Below the pieces are notes generated by a model, which was not told where the DNA came from, did no database searches, and worked only from the letters and a program-made list of their open reading frames with translations. From NCBI GenBank assembly GCA_002633005.1, contig NMRA01000428.1:183940-223995 (forward strand): a stretch of 40,056 bases of DNA. The letters are read 5' to 3'. Of the stretch, positions 10,846 to 22,439 are shown piece after piece. Each line of letters begins with the position of its first letter. Positions within the stretch are counted from its first letter, which is position 1. This DNA is from Phoronis australis. Lineage: Eukaryota; Animalia; Phoronida. Both the position numbers and the translations under genes were made by a program.

Positions 10846-11272
10846 TGTATGTATGTATGTATGTATGTATGTATGTATGTATGTATGTATGTATGTATGT
10901 ATGTATGTATGTATGTATGTATGTATGTATGTACGCACATAGATAGACAGACAGATAGATAGATAAATAGATAGATAGACAAACAGATAGATAAATAAAT
11001 AGATAGATAGATAGATAGATAGATAGATGGATAGTTAGATAGATAGATTGATGGATGGATGGATGGATGGATGGATAGATAGATATGTATGTGTGGATGT
11101 GTGTATGAATGCTTGAATGCATGCAGACAGGCAGTTAGACAGGCAGGCAGACAGGCAGACAGACAGGCAGACAGACAGGCAGGCAGACAAGCAGGCAGAC
11201 AGACATACAGACAGACAGAAAGACAGACAGACAGAAAGACAGATATATAGATAGACATAGATATAGATATGA
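10846..11272. repeat. Compound tetranucleotide microsatellite (GTAT)n-(AGAT)n-(GGAT)n-(AGGC/AGAC)n
   Basis: Directly visible; accounts for the low-complexity ORFs at 10805-11372. Confidence 0.97.
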
Positions 11273-11274
11273 AT

Positions 11275-11560
11275 GTGACTGACTCTGACTCTAAGCATTG
11301 TCCATCCACTGCAGGATGTAGCCTTCCGACAATGCCTTCCAATTTGTCCTGTCTCTTGCCGCTCTCATCCACGTTGTGCCTCTCGTCTTCACGATGTCAT
11401 CTCTCCATCTGGCTTAGGGCCTTCCTCTTGATCTCTTTCCATATCTGGGTTCCCACTCTGTGCACCTTTTTGTCCATCTGTTGTCCTCTGCTCTGGTTAC
11501 GTGTCCGCCCCACCTCCATTTCAATTTCAGAATTGTCCATGACTCCTGTTTGTTCTCTTT
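11275..11560 (-). mobile_element. 5'-truncated RTE-clade LINE (3' end of the reverse transcriptase ORF)
   Basis: Minus translation KLKWRWGGHVTRAEDNRWTKRCTEWEPRYGKRSRGRP*ARWRDDIVKTRGTTWMRAARDRTNWKALSEGYILQWMDNA* matches the typical RTE C-terminus. One internal stop; short AGAGTC tandem tail. Confidence 0.88.
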
Positions 11561-14500
11561 TCTCAGTGTGTGTGGAATCCTGTCTAGTAACTCATAGATA
11601 TATAAGCGTAATATTTGATTCTATTTTAGTTTGCATTTCATGTCATCTTTTTAATTTTTTGTTTTTCATTATTCATTATAGGGCACTTAGTACGAACTCC
11701 TATTTAAGCAATGTTGAACAATATGATGAAAATTCACTCAATCCACTCGTTTTACCATTCTTTAGGTTTGTGCACTTTAGAAATCCACCAACCTTTGTCA
11801 CGTCTCTAGCTGTCTAATATCTCTCAGTTGTTCTTTAACTGGTCACCTTACATTTGATTGTATTGTAGGGAATCTCAGTACACGACATGGCATAGATCGT
11901 ACTAGAAATATCAAGCTCTGGCGCTTAAGCGTGCATTTGACTTAGTCAACTATATGCGCGCCAAATCTTTACTGCGTGCAGCCTCTCGCTTGGGTGATCA
12001 TTCACCAACAAGTGTCGGTCGGGCGCTATCAAAACATAACGTCGAGGAAGTTTTCAACCGTTCACCTGAAAACTAAGGTAAGAATGATGCAATTGGTCAA
12101 AAAGTCAGTTTCCTTGATAAGAGTCACGTTCCAAAATCTAGTAGATTGGTGTTTTAAATACGGCGTGTAAAGAAGACAATGATGAACGACCCCAGAAAAA
12201 GTAAGAAATTGAGTCTTCGATACATAGATCTGTGTTGTTTACATACGTGTCTTTAATTCCTTTAGAAAGACGACATACGAGTTAGGAAGCAAATTAGTTA
12301 TACAAGCTTGTACACTGTACATGTATTGTTATATACGTGAAAATCAGTTTTATCATATAGATTTACATGTATATGTACAAGTAGTATCAACATGAAAACG
12401 TCACACGGACATTTAAGAACATGGTTTCGTACGTGGTTCTATATTATGGCAAGCTTAAAATTAAATTTCTCAAGCTGCAGTGGTCCGATTTATACATATA
12501 TTTAATTGACAATGGAATACAATTTGCATTAGACAAGGATAACGCAACTAAAACAATTATTTTTTATTGAAACAGCTACACACACAGCCTGTGAAAATAT
12601 CATACAACTTGTGCTGCTTGAGAGTCAACATCGGTTGCACTTGATTTACTCTGCTGGACTTGCAGAGTCTTGCGTATTCTCGATCTTCTCGCGTCTACTA
12701 AACACCTGCGTTTTTAACCAGTCGATGCGGGAGGGAAAACCAGCGAGGGACGGCGCAAAAATTAATGAGAGGTATGTAAGGCCATAGCTCCCCCCCAGTA
12801 TTTACTATTTTCTCCCCTGTAGCTATCATTTTCTACCTCCTCCAGCCGTCGCATCTTTTCCCCCGCTCGCCATTATTTCCCTGTCCTCTCAAATTTCACC
12901 CTGGGGCGCTGCACCTATCATCACCAAAGATTTGCCCTGGGGGACACGATTTGTGGGGTCCCATAACACGAGTTCTCCTAGGCGCTTCCTATGTCCCTGA
13001 ACCTGACACGTGTTGATTATTGTCTCCTGCACGTCTGAAGTTCAAACCCTGCCTTCTGAAACGGGCGTGCATATAAGGAGAACACTGAATGGTATAGATG
13101 TCCTTCAAATACATTGATGAACTACGCTCCACTCAAACATGCTTACTCTACGTACAGTCTTTTGCATGTTTTAAAAACTGCATTAACCTGTGCCAAGATA
13201 TTTCCGTTGCTGTTAGGGAAAACCGAATCTCTGGAATCTCAAGTTCACGGTCACGGCCTATATTGTCTCTCGCTCACCTGTAAAAGGCCGGCGTTTCGAG
13301 GTTGTTATCTTTTAAGCGCACGTGAGTCTAAAAGGCTCTGTGGAGGGTGACAATAATCCACACGCACTGAGCTGCTTTCGATTTTTCTGTTATTGTTCGG
13401 CTAAGGTGGTATTCAAGCGTGAGAACGGCATTGTCGGAGGCTGGAATCGCAGTAGGCGAGTTGAGCAACGGAAAATCGAAATCGTATTTCATATGTAAGC
13501 CTCAAGCTCAGTTAACAAACGGCAATTACAGTACTATTCACAACATACGAGCATATGTCATTTAAATAGATCCAATAAAAAACGTTCCAATTGGGAATTG
13601 AAACGGAAATCTGGTTTCAGAAAAAATATAAAACAAAAATTTGATAAAGCTAAGGAAATTTGGAGTTGAACTGGTTATTATTATTAAAAAAATTAACAAA
13701 ATTTTGTCCGTTGACATTTTCAAAGGACACTGCGTTTTCTCAGCCTAAAAATCAAGTAACATGGGAGAGTCAGGAATCACGAATAACTGCCCGGAAAGTC
13801 TGGGCCAAAATATCTTTTAAAACTCTCGGTTACAACACATATTTACGAGTAAGAGAAGTCACAGAAACAAAGATCTCGTAACAAAGAGCAATGTTTTGGA
13901 GTCTAATAAAAAGTTAATGTCATGCTTTTCCATATGAAAACAGCCGTACGTTTTAATTGTGTGAAGATAACTCTGGTCAAATATCCCTCCCACAACAGGT
14001 GTCGTGCAAATCGTAGCTCATAACAAGTAAATTCAGGTGCTGGCTTATCCCTTCGAGAACCCGTGTGTCGAAAATCCTTACTATCACTTATAGGAACCAA
14101 TGTTGATTGCTAGACACATACAGTCGTTGAAATTTCCAACCCCATAACACTGGTCACGTAATATTCACTACCGTCACAGACCAATAAGTACATACACGTA
14201 GAAACAATGAGCGCCTCAAAAGCGCTTTAGAGTTTAAAGGGGTTGGCCAACCCTAAACTTGCGAATTGGAAAATGCTGTATATACGGAATGCTTATCACG
14301 TGCATTGCCGACTCATTCGGCAGCAGTCAAGATCAGATCGGATAAGCGTGCTAATATTTTTAAATCCCAAAGAGAGTTGGTTAAGAATTTGCCATTGAGA
14401 AATAGAGTGGCAAAGTTAAACTTTGGGATGACTGCAATTGAGAAATAGAACAATGTCAATCGTCATTCTACTCTCTACATAAACACTAACCTCTTGATAA

Positions 14501-14602
14501 CCTGTTCTGATTGATTTAGATTGTATGAAATTAAAAAAATACATATATTGAATAAACATCAGATTATGATGACAGTGATTTTGATCAGTCTGGCAGAAAA
14601 AG

Positions 14603-15048
14603 CTGTTGTCCATTGACAATTATATACAGATACACTGTACTCTGTTGTCGATCAGTTATATAGAGATGCACTTTGCTTTGTTGTCGATCAATTATATACT
14701 GATACACTTTACTTTGTTGTCGATCAATTATATACAGATACCCTGTACTTTGTTGTCGATCGATTATATACAGATACAATGTACTTTGTTGTCGATCAAT
14801 TATATACAGATACAATGTACTTTGTTGTCGATCAATTATATACAGATACACTGTACTTTGTTGTCGATCAATTATATACAGATACACTGTACTTTGTTGT
14901 CGATCAATTACATACAGATACAATTTACTTTGTTGTCGATCAATTATATACAGATACAATGTACTTTGTTGTCGATCAATTAAAGACAGATACACTGTAC
15001 TTTGTTGTCGATCAATTGTATATAGATACACTGTACTTTGTTGTCGAT
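14603..15048. repeat. 36-bp minisatellite, ~12 copies
   Basis: Unit ATCAATTATATACAGATACACTGTACTTTGTTGTCG, period 36. Confidence 0.96.
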
Positions 15049-16873
15049 CTGACCAATTTTCAACTGCTACTTGAACAACATTCTGATTCGTCTGCACTAT
15101 TCACCATGGAACTTAGATGGACAGCCAACTGTTTGTTTTAAATGAACGAAATCTGTAATCGTGCGCAACACTATTGTCCGAGCAGGCACTATTCACTAGC
15201 CGTGCCTCCGTGGTTTGTTGATTCAATTAAAATTGTCATCGTTATACATGTATGTATCGTCAAAATACTGGTGCTAGCGCATGCCTTGTGCAGCACACAG
15301 TGTGTGTTGTCAATATCTGACAACAAGGTGCGTGATAACTATCCGGTATTTATTAACCCTTTGGGCAATGAGATGCCGAAATGTTTCTATTGTTTCAAAA
15401 TATACGATAACAGTACTATTATTAAAACACAGACAAAGATTTTTTAATAACTAAATGTTACCGGATACTCTTTCAGATAAACCCTTCTGTGTATTTGCTT
15501 ACATCACGTGATAACCCTGGTTATCTTGATCAATTTTAACATGGTAGTTAAGGTTAGCTTGACAAGTCTCCAGTGAGTGGAATCTCGCCTAGTGCACCTG
15601 TCTAAGTGGATGGAACTCAAGTTTGTTGTCAGGCATCATGACAATTTGGTATCTCAGAAGCACATCAGATCCCTTGAGGTTTTGGAATCAGACATACGCC
15701 GAGGTGATGATGGTTACCACCTACTGTCGTTGCCTAGGATACCTAAAACGTCTTTAGTCAGGGTATTATTATAGAATGGTTACTTTACGATGCATTAGTT
15801 ATTTCCTAAATACGCTGAGAAAGTTTCAGAACATAGAGTTATGATGTGACAACAGGAAGTATTCTCAGCATCACGGTGTACATGTAAACTGCAAAGTGAA
15901 TTACGAAGATAGAATTCAACGCCAATGCCTCGCTATAAAACAAAAATATCGCCGTGTATTTTTAAGAGAGCTCATGATTTTGGCTGGATTCTGTTACCAC
16001 AAAACTCAACCCTGGTAAATTAGGCGTAGTTTTTTCTTCACTGTGTTCCTCCATGTTTCTTTCGATGTTGTGATTAATTAATTATTGTCCAATTGCTACA
16101 GTAATGTACATGTTGTCAGCAATTTACATTAATTAAATTGTTTAATTACTATAGTGTTGTAAGCCTTGACGAGGCTGGGTGATTCTTAAACACAATACTT
16201 AAAATTAAGATTCATTCGTTGTAGTGAACAGCGTAAGAATGACGGTTTATGCTTGCCCATGAAGTTTATTTCCAACTGCAAGAATGTGATCAAATAGCTA
16301 TTGTTCCTGATGATGAACGCTTTGTCTATGGAACAAGCTTTAGAGACACAGTAACTTTTTAATCTGTCACGATCCAGTTTTGTACTTTTGAACAAGATGT
16401 GCCTTTAAAGGAGAATGCCACCCGATTTAATTGTTCTTTTTTACCGTCTTCATCGATCTATATCCACATCACCTCCTATACGGTCGATCTTACTTCGCTG
16501 ATAGGTGTCGCGTTAACATGTGAGGATGGTTAACCTGGTTCCCTGGCCTTACACGCTGACGGCACGGATAGCTTGTGAATGCCCTGGTACAGCGTACTAC
16601 AACGATGGTTTTTGTTGGCTGTCAGCTGACAACTCTTAACCTGAAAGTTGGTGTGCGCATGCTTACTTCCGGTAAACCGAGGTCGGAACTGTCTGGTGAG
16701 TTAGCTGTTTATATTGTGATATTATCAACAAACTGAGTTGAAATTAATTTAATCAATTATCGATTCCTTATTATGAAAATAAACCTGAATTAACAATGGC
16801 TTCACTCTTTTCACTTGGCATTTTTCAGTTTCATAGTTTGAATGGTTTTATGAATTGAAAACGTCTTTTAAAG

Positions 16874-16910
16874 CAGGGGCGGATCCAGAATTTTTAATTC
16901 GGTGGGGCAA
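16874..16910. mobile_element. Isolated hAT-like MITE terminus
   Basis: CAGGGGCGGATCCAGAA resembles the 2627 terminus; no partner end found. Confidence 0.35.
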
Positions 16911-17379
16911 GAGCAGAATATTAGAGACAGGATTTTGCCCGTCAGATATTCGCACCCCCAAATTGCCAAATGGATTCTGGGAGAATTTTCGGTCGAGCCA
17001 TGGCCCTTTTGCCGCCTCCCCATAAATCCGTCACTTTACACTGTTACAGTACACACTACTGTCGCCCAATTTCCACCACTCAACAGCCTACGCAGTATTT
17101 ACTCCCTAGAACACCACAATTTTCGCCCCTACAGGTAGCCATAATTCTCAAGATCCACAGCTCCACACGTTGCCTTATTTTTTTCTTCCCATTTCCCTCT
17201 TTGAGGTGAGCCCCGCACAACGTGAGGGTCCTAAGCCATTCAGATCACCTTGGGTATATTCAGAGCCTCAATTTTCTGATTGGAGGTGCGCATGACTTTC
17301 AAACTTAGTGGAGAATGATTGGCCATCACCATGCACTGAAAAAAATTATCTCCAAAGGCATTCAGAACACCTGCCTCCC

Positions 17380-17517
17380 GTTCAGTAACGCTAGGACCTC
17401 ACTAAAAGCAAGACTTCGCGAGATTACGTGAGATATTGCCGTGCATTTTAAATGAGAGCACGTGACTTTAACTAGGTTTTAGCTAGGTCCTAGCGTAGGT
17501 CCTAGCGTCTACTGAAC
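17380..17517. mobile_element. ~140-bp MITE with inverted ends
   Basis: GTTCAGTAACGCTAGGACCT ... AGGTCCTAGCGTCTACTGAAC. Relatives at 3990-4075 and ~38895-38915. Confidence 0.75.
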
Positions 17518-20500
17518 GCACACCTGGTGTGTTTTCAAAACCTCAAATTTCACCTAAAAGATGAATGCTATCTGCGCGTCTGTGGACGTCCGTTAGCCTA
17601 CTATTCTTAAGACTGAAAATCACGTTACTTGCCATATTTTGGATAACGTTCATCGCCGAGAGGATATTTGAGGCTACGAAAATACCCAAAGTGTTTCTAA
17701 GAAAAAATTGTAAATAGGAAAATAGCCGGAGTGCTCTAGGTGTTCCGAGGGTAAATTTGTAGCTACGAAAATTCTCGAGAGGTTTCCCAAATGGGCCCTA
17801 AGCTTTAGTTTTTGCTCAATCTAGTACTAGAAGAATCTCGACCCATTTAGGCAGCGGTTAATAAAAATTGGTCGGGACTCAAACTAACAAAGGTTTGTGG
17901 TCCGAGGTTTGGAGTTCAATGTTCCAAATGCACAATCTTTTTACTAAAGTTATTGCTATCATCTTAGTCCTTTTTAGTAATTCTTGGACAGCTGTCTTTC
18001 TCATTCATTAAGCTTGAAGAAGTCGGCTCAGAGATTCCTGTTGTCAAAACGAGTGTCTGTTTACCACAGTTGTAAAAATACAGATATCCTATTACAAATC
18101 CCTCTGCAGTAGAAAAATGGTACCATTTACAGTGTTTTTAACTCCCAGAGTGAAACCTGTTGTATTCATTTGAAAACGTTTGCTTTGGTAGCGATTTTTC
18201 CAAGCACAATTTCGAAGAAAAATTGTTTGAGAAAAATCATCCAACAACGTGTCATGCCCTGTATAAACCTGTGGGAGTACCCCTTGGTATGGTTTTAGGA
18301 GGGTACTCTGAACGCCCAAGGAAGGTGAACTGGTCCCTATCCCTATCCCTAACAATGTGGGTTGAACATCTTGGAAAGCACAAACGCAATTTTTTGATTT
18401 CAGAATGTGCTCCTCAGATAATGTGTTCTGGCTTTCAGATTCCCTTCGAATTAAATTCCTTAAAGCTACTATGAATCCGTCTCCTGTGAAAAAGAATAAA
18501 TTTTGATCTCACCAACTTTACACTATTACAGGGATTGGAATGACTGAATGACAAAAAGAGGAAACAGTTCCAGGAAATGTATTGTTTCAAAAATAGGCTT
18601 GTGTGATAGAAACATTTTTGTGTTGTAAAACACAACTGAAATAAACGCTTTTGCATGAATAAAGACAAAATAATGAGAAAAAAGAAGCTGGAAATGAAAA
18701 ATAGCACATTCTCTGAAAAGAAGAAAATTCCAAGCCCTGTATATATCTCTCTCTCAACTTGTTCCTTAGTGGACTTGGAAGAACTCGAACTTTGTTATTG
18801 CTCAAAGCCATGTTTGGTGCACTTTTACCAGCCAGGGCTTAAGCAATAACAAAATGCCAGTTCAACCGAAGCCAATATACCACATGTAATCTCAGTAAGG
18901 AACAGTACGACATCAAGAATCTAATCACAAGCACACACACCTGGAGATTGACACCGGACACTAGTATCTAACTCCAAAGGCTGGATATACCAGTCTTCAT
19001 GTGAGCGCTGGTGATTAGACTTATGCTACTGTTTTGGCCAAAAACAACACTGTTAGTACGAGACTACTCTTATATTGTTATATTACGGTTCTAAACAGAG
19101 GTTGGGTAAATATCAGCATAAAAAATGATTCACTTTGAGGATAAGAAACTTAAAAATGGTTAATTTTTTCAACACAGTTTTGTACAGGTGTTTTCTTATT
19201 CTCCACATTGTATTTTAAATACGATTTGGGCTTAACAGATTCTAGTCCAGCCTTGTGTATGATTTAAAACCCTGAAAAGGGATTATGTTTTGGGAATACA
19301 CCTGTATAGTGAAGCATTCCATCCAAATTGAACTTGTTTTTGTCACTTTCAGCCCACTTTCTTGGGAACTCAAGATCGTACTTGATGACCACAAGATTCG
19401 AGCTAAAATTTTGATCCAAAAACTCAAGACTTCTAGTAAAAACTCAAACGCAGATTCGGACCTTGAGCTCAAATGCTGTGATCATTACGTGTCATCATTA
19501 AGCACTCAAATATAGAATAAAAGAAACTTATCTTGAGTAAAAACAAATGCAGAATAGAAAATGACAAAAGTAATCTTGAGTAAAAAGATGAAACCTGGGA
19601 CCCAGGTGTTACTTTCATAATGGTCTATGCTTTCACAAGGCAGTGAATGTGCAACTTCGGTGGCATTCGGGTCTTTAATAACCTACTCCCCTATAACCCC
19701 TGGGGGTAGACAGAATTGTTCAATAGAGGTTGCCAAACGAAAAATTGTTGTCATCTAATGATTGTGACTGAAATGAGAGGCAATCTGGTGGCATTGCAAG
19801 AACAGGGGACACGGAGATTGGAGATAGGCAAGCACAAAACTGAAACGAATTTTTATCAGGGGAAGGGTCTGCAATAAAGACGGGGTAGCCCAGTTGTTCA
19901 CCCCACGGCTGTGTTAATGCCCAGTCTAATTATTCAGCCTATACCCAAGATAAACCATATTTCTAACCAATACATCAGCAAAATAAAGTTCCCGATGGTT
20001 AGGCAAATTTCATGTCATGTTGTGTGTTTTTTAGCCTATGAGTGTAATATTTCTAGAAACACATTTATGATGTCATGGTATTTAATGTCGAGTAAATGTG
20101 AGGGTGTTTGCCAGTGCGAATGTTCTGAAGCATTTCACACTGCCCAACTCTTGCCACGAGGAAGCCCCCTCAATAACTGAGAGGTTAATTTCTTATTTTG
20201 AAAAGCTGTTCGAAAAGACCGAAATGTTGACTAAAATTGTGTAGATCATTGACACAAGAATGGAACACTAGCATGTTGCTCAAAACCCTGAGCAAAAAAT
20301 AATGGTAATAGTTACATACTGGGGTCCCGCACTTTGAATAACAGGAACATGTGTTTTTCATTGAATAGCAGACGTTAAATCTTGTTCTCAAAATGCGGAT
20401 TGCTAGTGAGTGACTATTGCCTGGATAACAATCCCACCCATCTGACGCAAAAGAAACTGTCAAACTGCATAATTATGTTAAGGGAAAAGTTGACTCTTTC

Positions 20501-20948
20501 TTAGAGGCTCTCACCAAAATGGGTCAGTTTTAATGACTGTACCAACTCACAAAAGGGTGAGGTTTTATCTTGCTGATTATACAAAAGATCGAGTATAATC
20601 CTAATGTCACAGCAACGAACACCCTCCGAAATAATTTAATACTCCGTACGATTGTGCGATGGCAGTCAAAGGCACTGCTGAATGACACCGCCAAAAGCGA
20701 TTCTGTCAGTCATACTATTTCTGGACTGGTTAATATTGGCTTGTTTAGGACCATTGACTGTATTTTTATACTCCTAACTACTGTGAGAACTGTTCCAGTG
20801 TATTATGACAACGAATAGCAGTATTTCAGCACATATCCTTTTCCGACCCACTAGTTCAACCTTCACAGTATTCAAGGGATCTTTGTGGTGAATCTGCAGT
20901 TGGTGTAGTAATATAGAGGGTTCTCTTAATCTCTCGCCGACGGGCAAT

Positions 20949-21020
20949 TGCACTTTGTTCGACTGGTTAGGACGCCTGACATTGACGTAAGAGGTACAGG
21001 GTTCGAAACTTGAAGTAGGT
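20949..21020 (+). mobile_element. tRNA-like SINE head
   Basis: A-box-like TGTTCGACTGG (20956) and B-box GGTTCGAAACT (21000) at tRNA spacing; stems degenerate. Confidence 0.4.
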
Positions 21021-22034
21021 GATTTTTCACTGCAGCTCGTGTAACGTACATGAACATGTTAACATACGAGAGGGTCTGCTCTGAAAAGGTCGAGACAAAC
21101 TCCTGTGGCCGCGGTTCACTCAGCTACTCCTTTCCCGCTATTCGCAAAACTTCATAACACTTCAGAACACAGCACCGTGATGTATTCCTTGACTCGTTAG
21201 CTTTGAAATGGGGGAGTTTGATGAAACAGATTTAAACAACTGAAAATCCATTAACATTCCTTCATTGGAAATCGCATGTTAGTGAACTAGTTATACAACT
21301 GACAACGTATTATACAACTGACCAATGGAATGCCTTGCTTCTTTAAATCGGAACAGCCAATAATATTCCAGGAATGCGCATGAAAAGGTGCGCTGTAGAA
21401 GACCCCGAGCAATCTAGAGGGTCTGTGTAGGAGACTATGACGATTGTGAGAAACGACGCAGCAACGTCAGTGTTTTTTCTGAAGAGTGAGTGCAGCTATG
21501 GTGTGGTGTATCCTTATATCCCGCTTGTGCGAACTATGAAGCTGCGAGAAAAGCGGGTATATCGTCTTTTTGAGTTCATCGGTAGCCTGTAATGCTTCAG
21601 AAGTGGCTCGCAGCAGTAATGAAAATTACGCCGTTGATATCAAGTATGAGGCCGTGAAACATCTCATTGTTTATGTCCGCATTTTGTCGACATTGATTTC
21701 ATTGACGAATGTCGACTTACCAAACACCTCATGACAGGGCCGAAAAAAGAAAGTGGCTGATGTCAGATGCTGTGCCTAGTTTGCGCTTGGCAGGCAGGAG
21801 ACAAAGAAACGCGGACCAGTTGCTGATAAGTTTTTGATTATGGAGAATTGTAGTGGCCATGAAAACATAAACAATCACAATTAATTCAACGCATGAGAAC
21901 ATGGCGTTTTATATACCGTGTTTGATGACTTACTGGTTCGTTAGGCTAGTGTTTGATCCTCTGGGTGTAGAATGTTTTCGCCAATTCTTTTTCCCAGCTC
22001 TACAAACGTTGTAAGCACACCTCTGTTTAGATTC

Positions 22035-22335
22035 TGTGCAAAATCAGGATGCGCTTATCCAAGAAGGCGTCTCACTTGCGGAATTTCGTGGCAGCAAACG
22101 CAAGCGTCAGTCGTTTCCATTATCGTGCAGTTAGCGAACTGACACCATAACAAGTCATTCAAACTATTTTCGTAACTATCCGTAGGTCCCATGGCTGTGC
22201 ACGTTCACGGCGTCCCTCTAGTATTTCTTGATAAATGTATTCCGGTTCGAACTGATAGCTTGTGAAGCCGATCGATCGACCTGTGAACTCTTCGTCGGAT
22301 GACCACTCGTCTAAGTGGGTATTGCGATTTGCCAT
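22035..22335 (-). pseudogene. Decayed P2X7 C-terminal (ballast)-like ORF, typical of Kolobok transposon accessory protein KolX
   Basis: MANRNTHLDEWSSDEEF...SYQFEPEY followed, after a frameshift, by SLNDLLWCQFANCTIMETTDACVCCHEI...HPDF. This fits the family pattern YxFEP ... WCxCxxCxxMxTxxExxCCxE ... HPxF. Confidence 0.65.
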
Positions 22336-22396
22336 GTTGACGTTTATTACTGTGCGTTCTGTTTCAAAATAAATTATTCTCACCCTAACCAATGCT

Positions 22397-22439
22397 TATA
22401 CAGTATACAGTATACAGTATACAGTATACAGTATACAGT
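22397..22439. repeat. (TATACAG)n heptamer repeat, ~6 copies
   Basis: Directly visible. Confidence 0.9.

Noticed and set aside
10805-11817. ORFs of 87-182 aa
   Set aside because: Microsatellite translations and off-frame or antisense reads of the RTE fragment.
14050-14160. EGF-like relic on the minus strand (DQCYGVGNFNDCMCLAINIGSYK***GF)
   Set aside because: Cysteine spacing is wrong and there are three consecutive stops; not distinguishable from chance.
14603-15048. CRISPR array or repeat-protein gene
   Set aside because: Contiguous 36-bp units with no spacers; the ORFs follow from the periodicity.
20570-20818. Fibronectin-III-like peptide (SHTISGL)
   Set aside because: Only one short motif, with no supporting conserved Tyr spacing or splice context.
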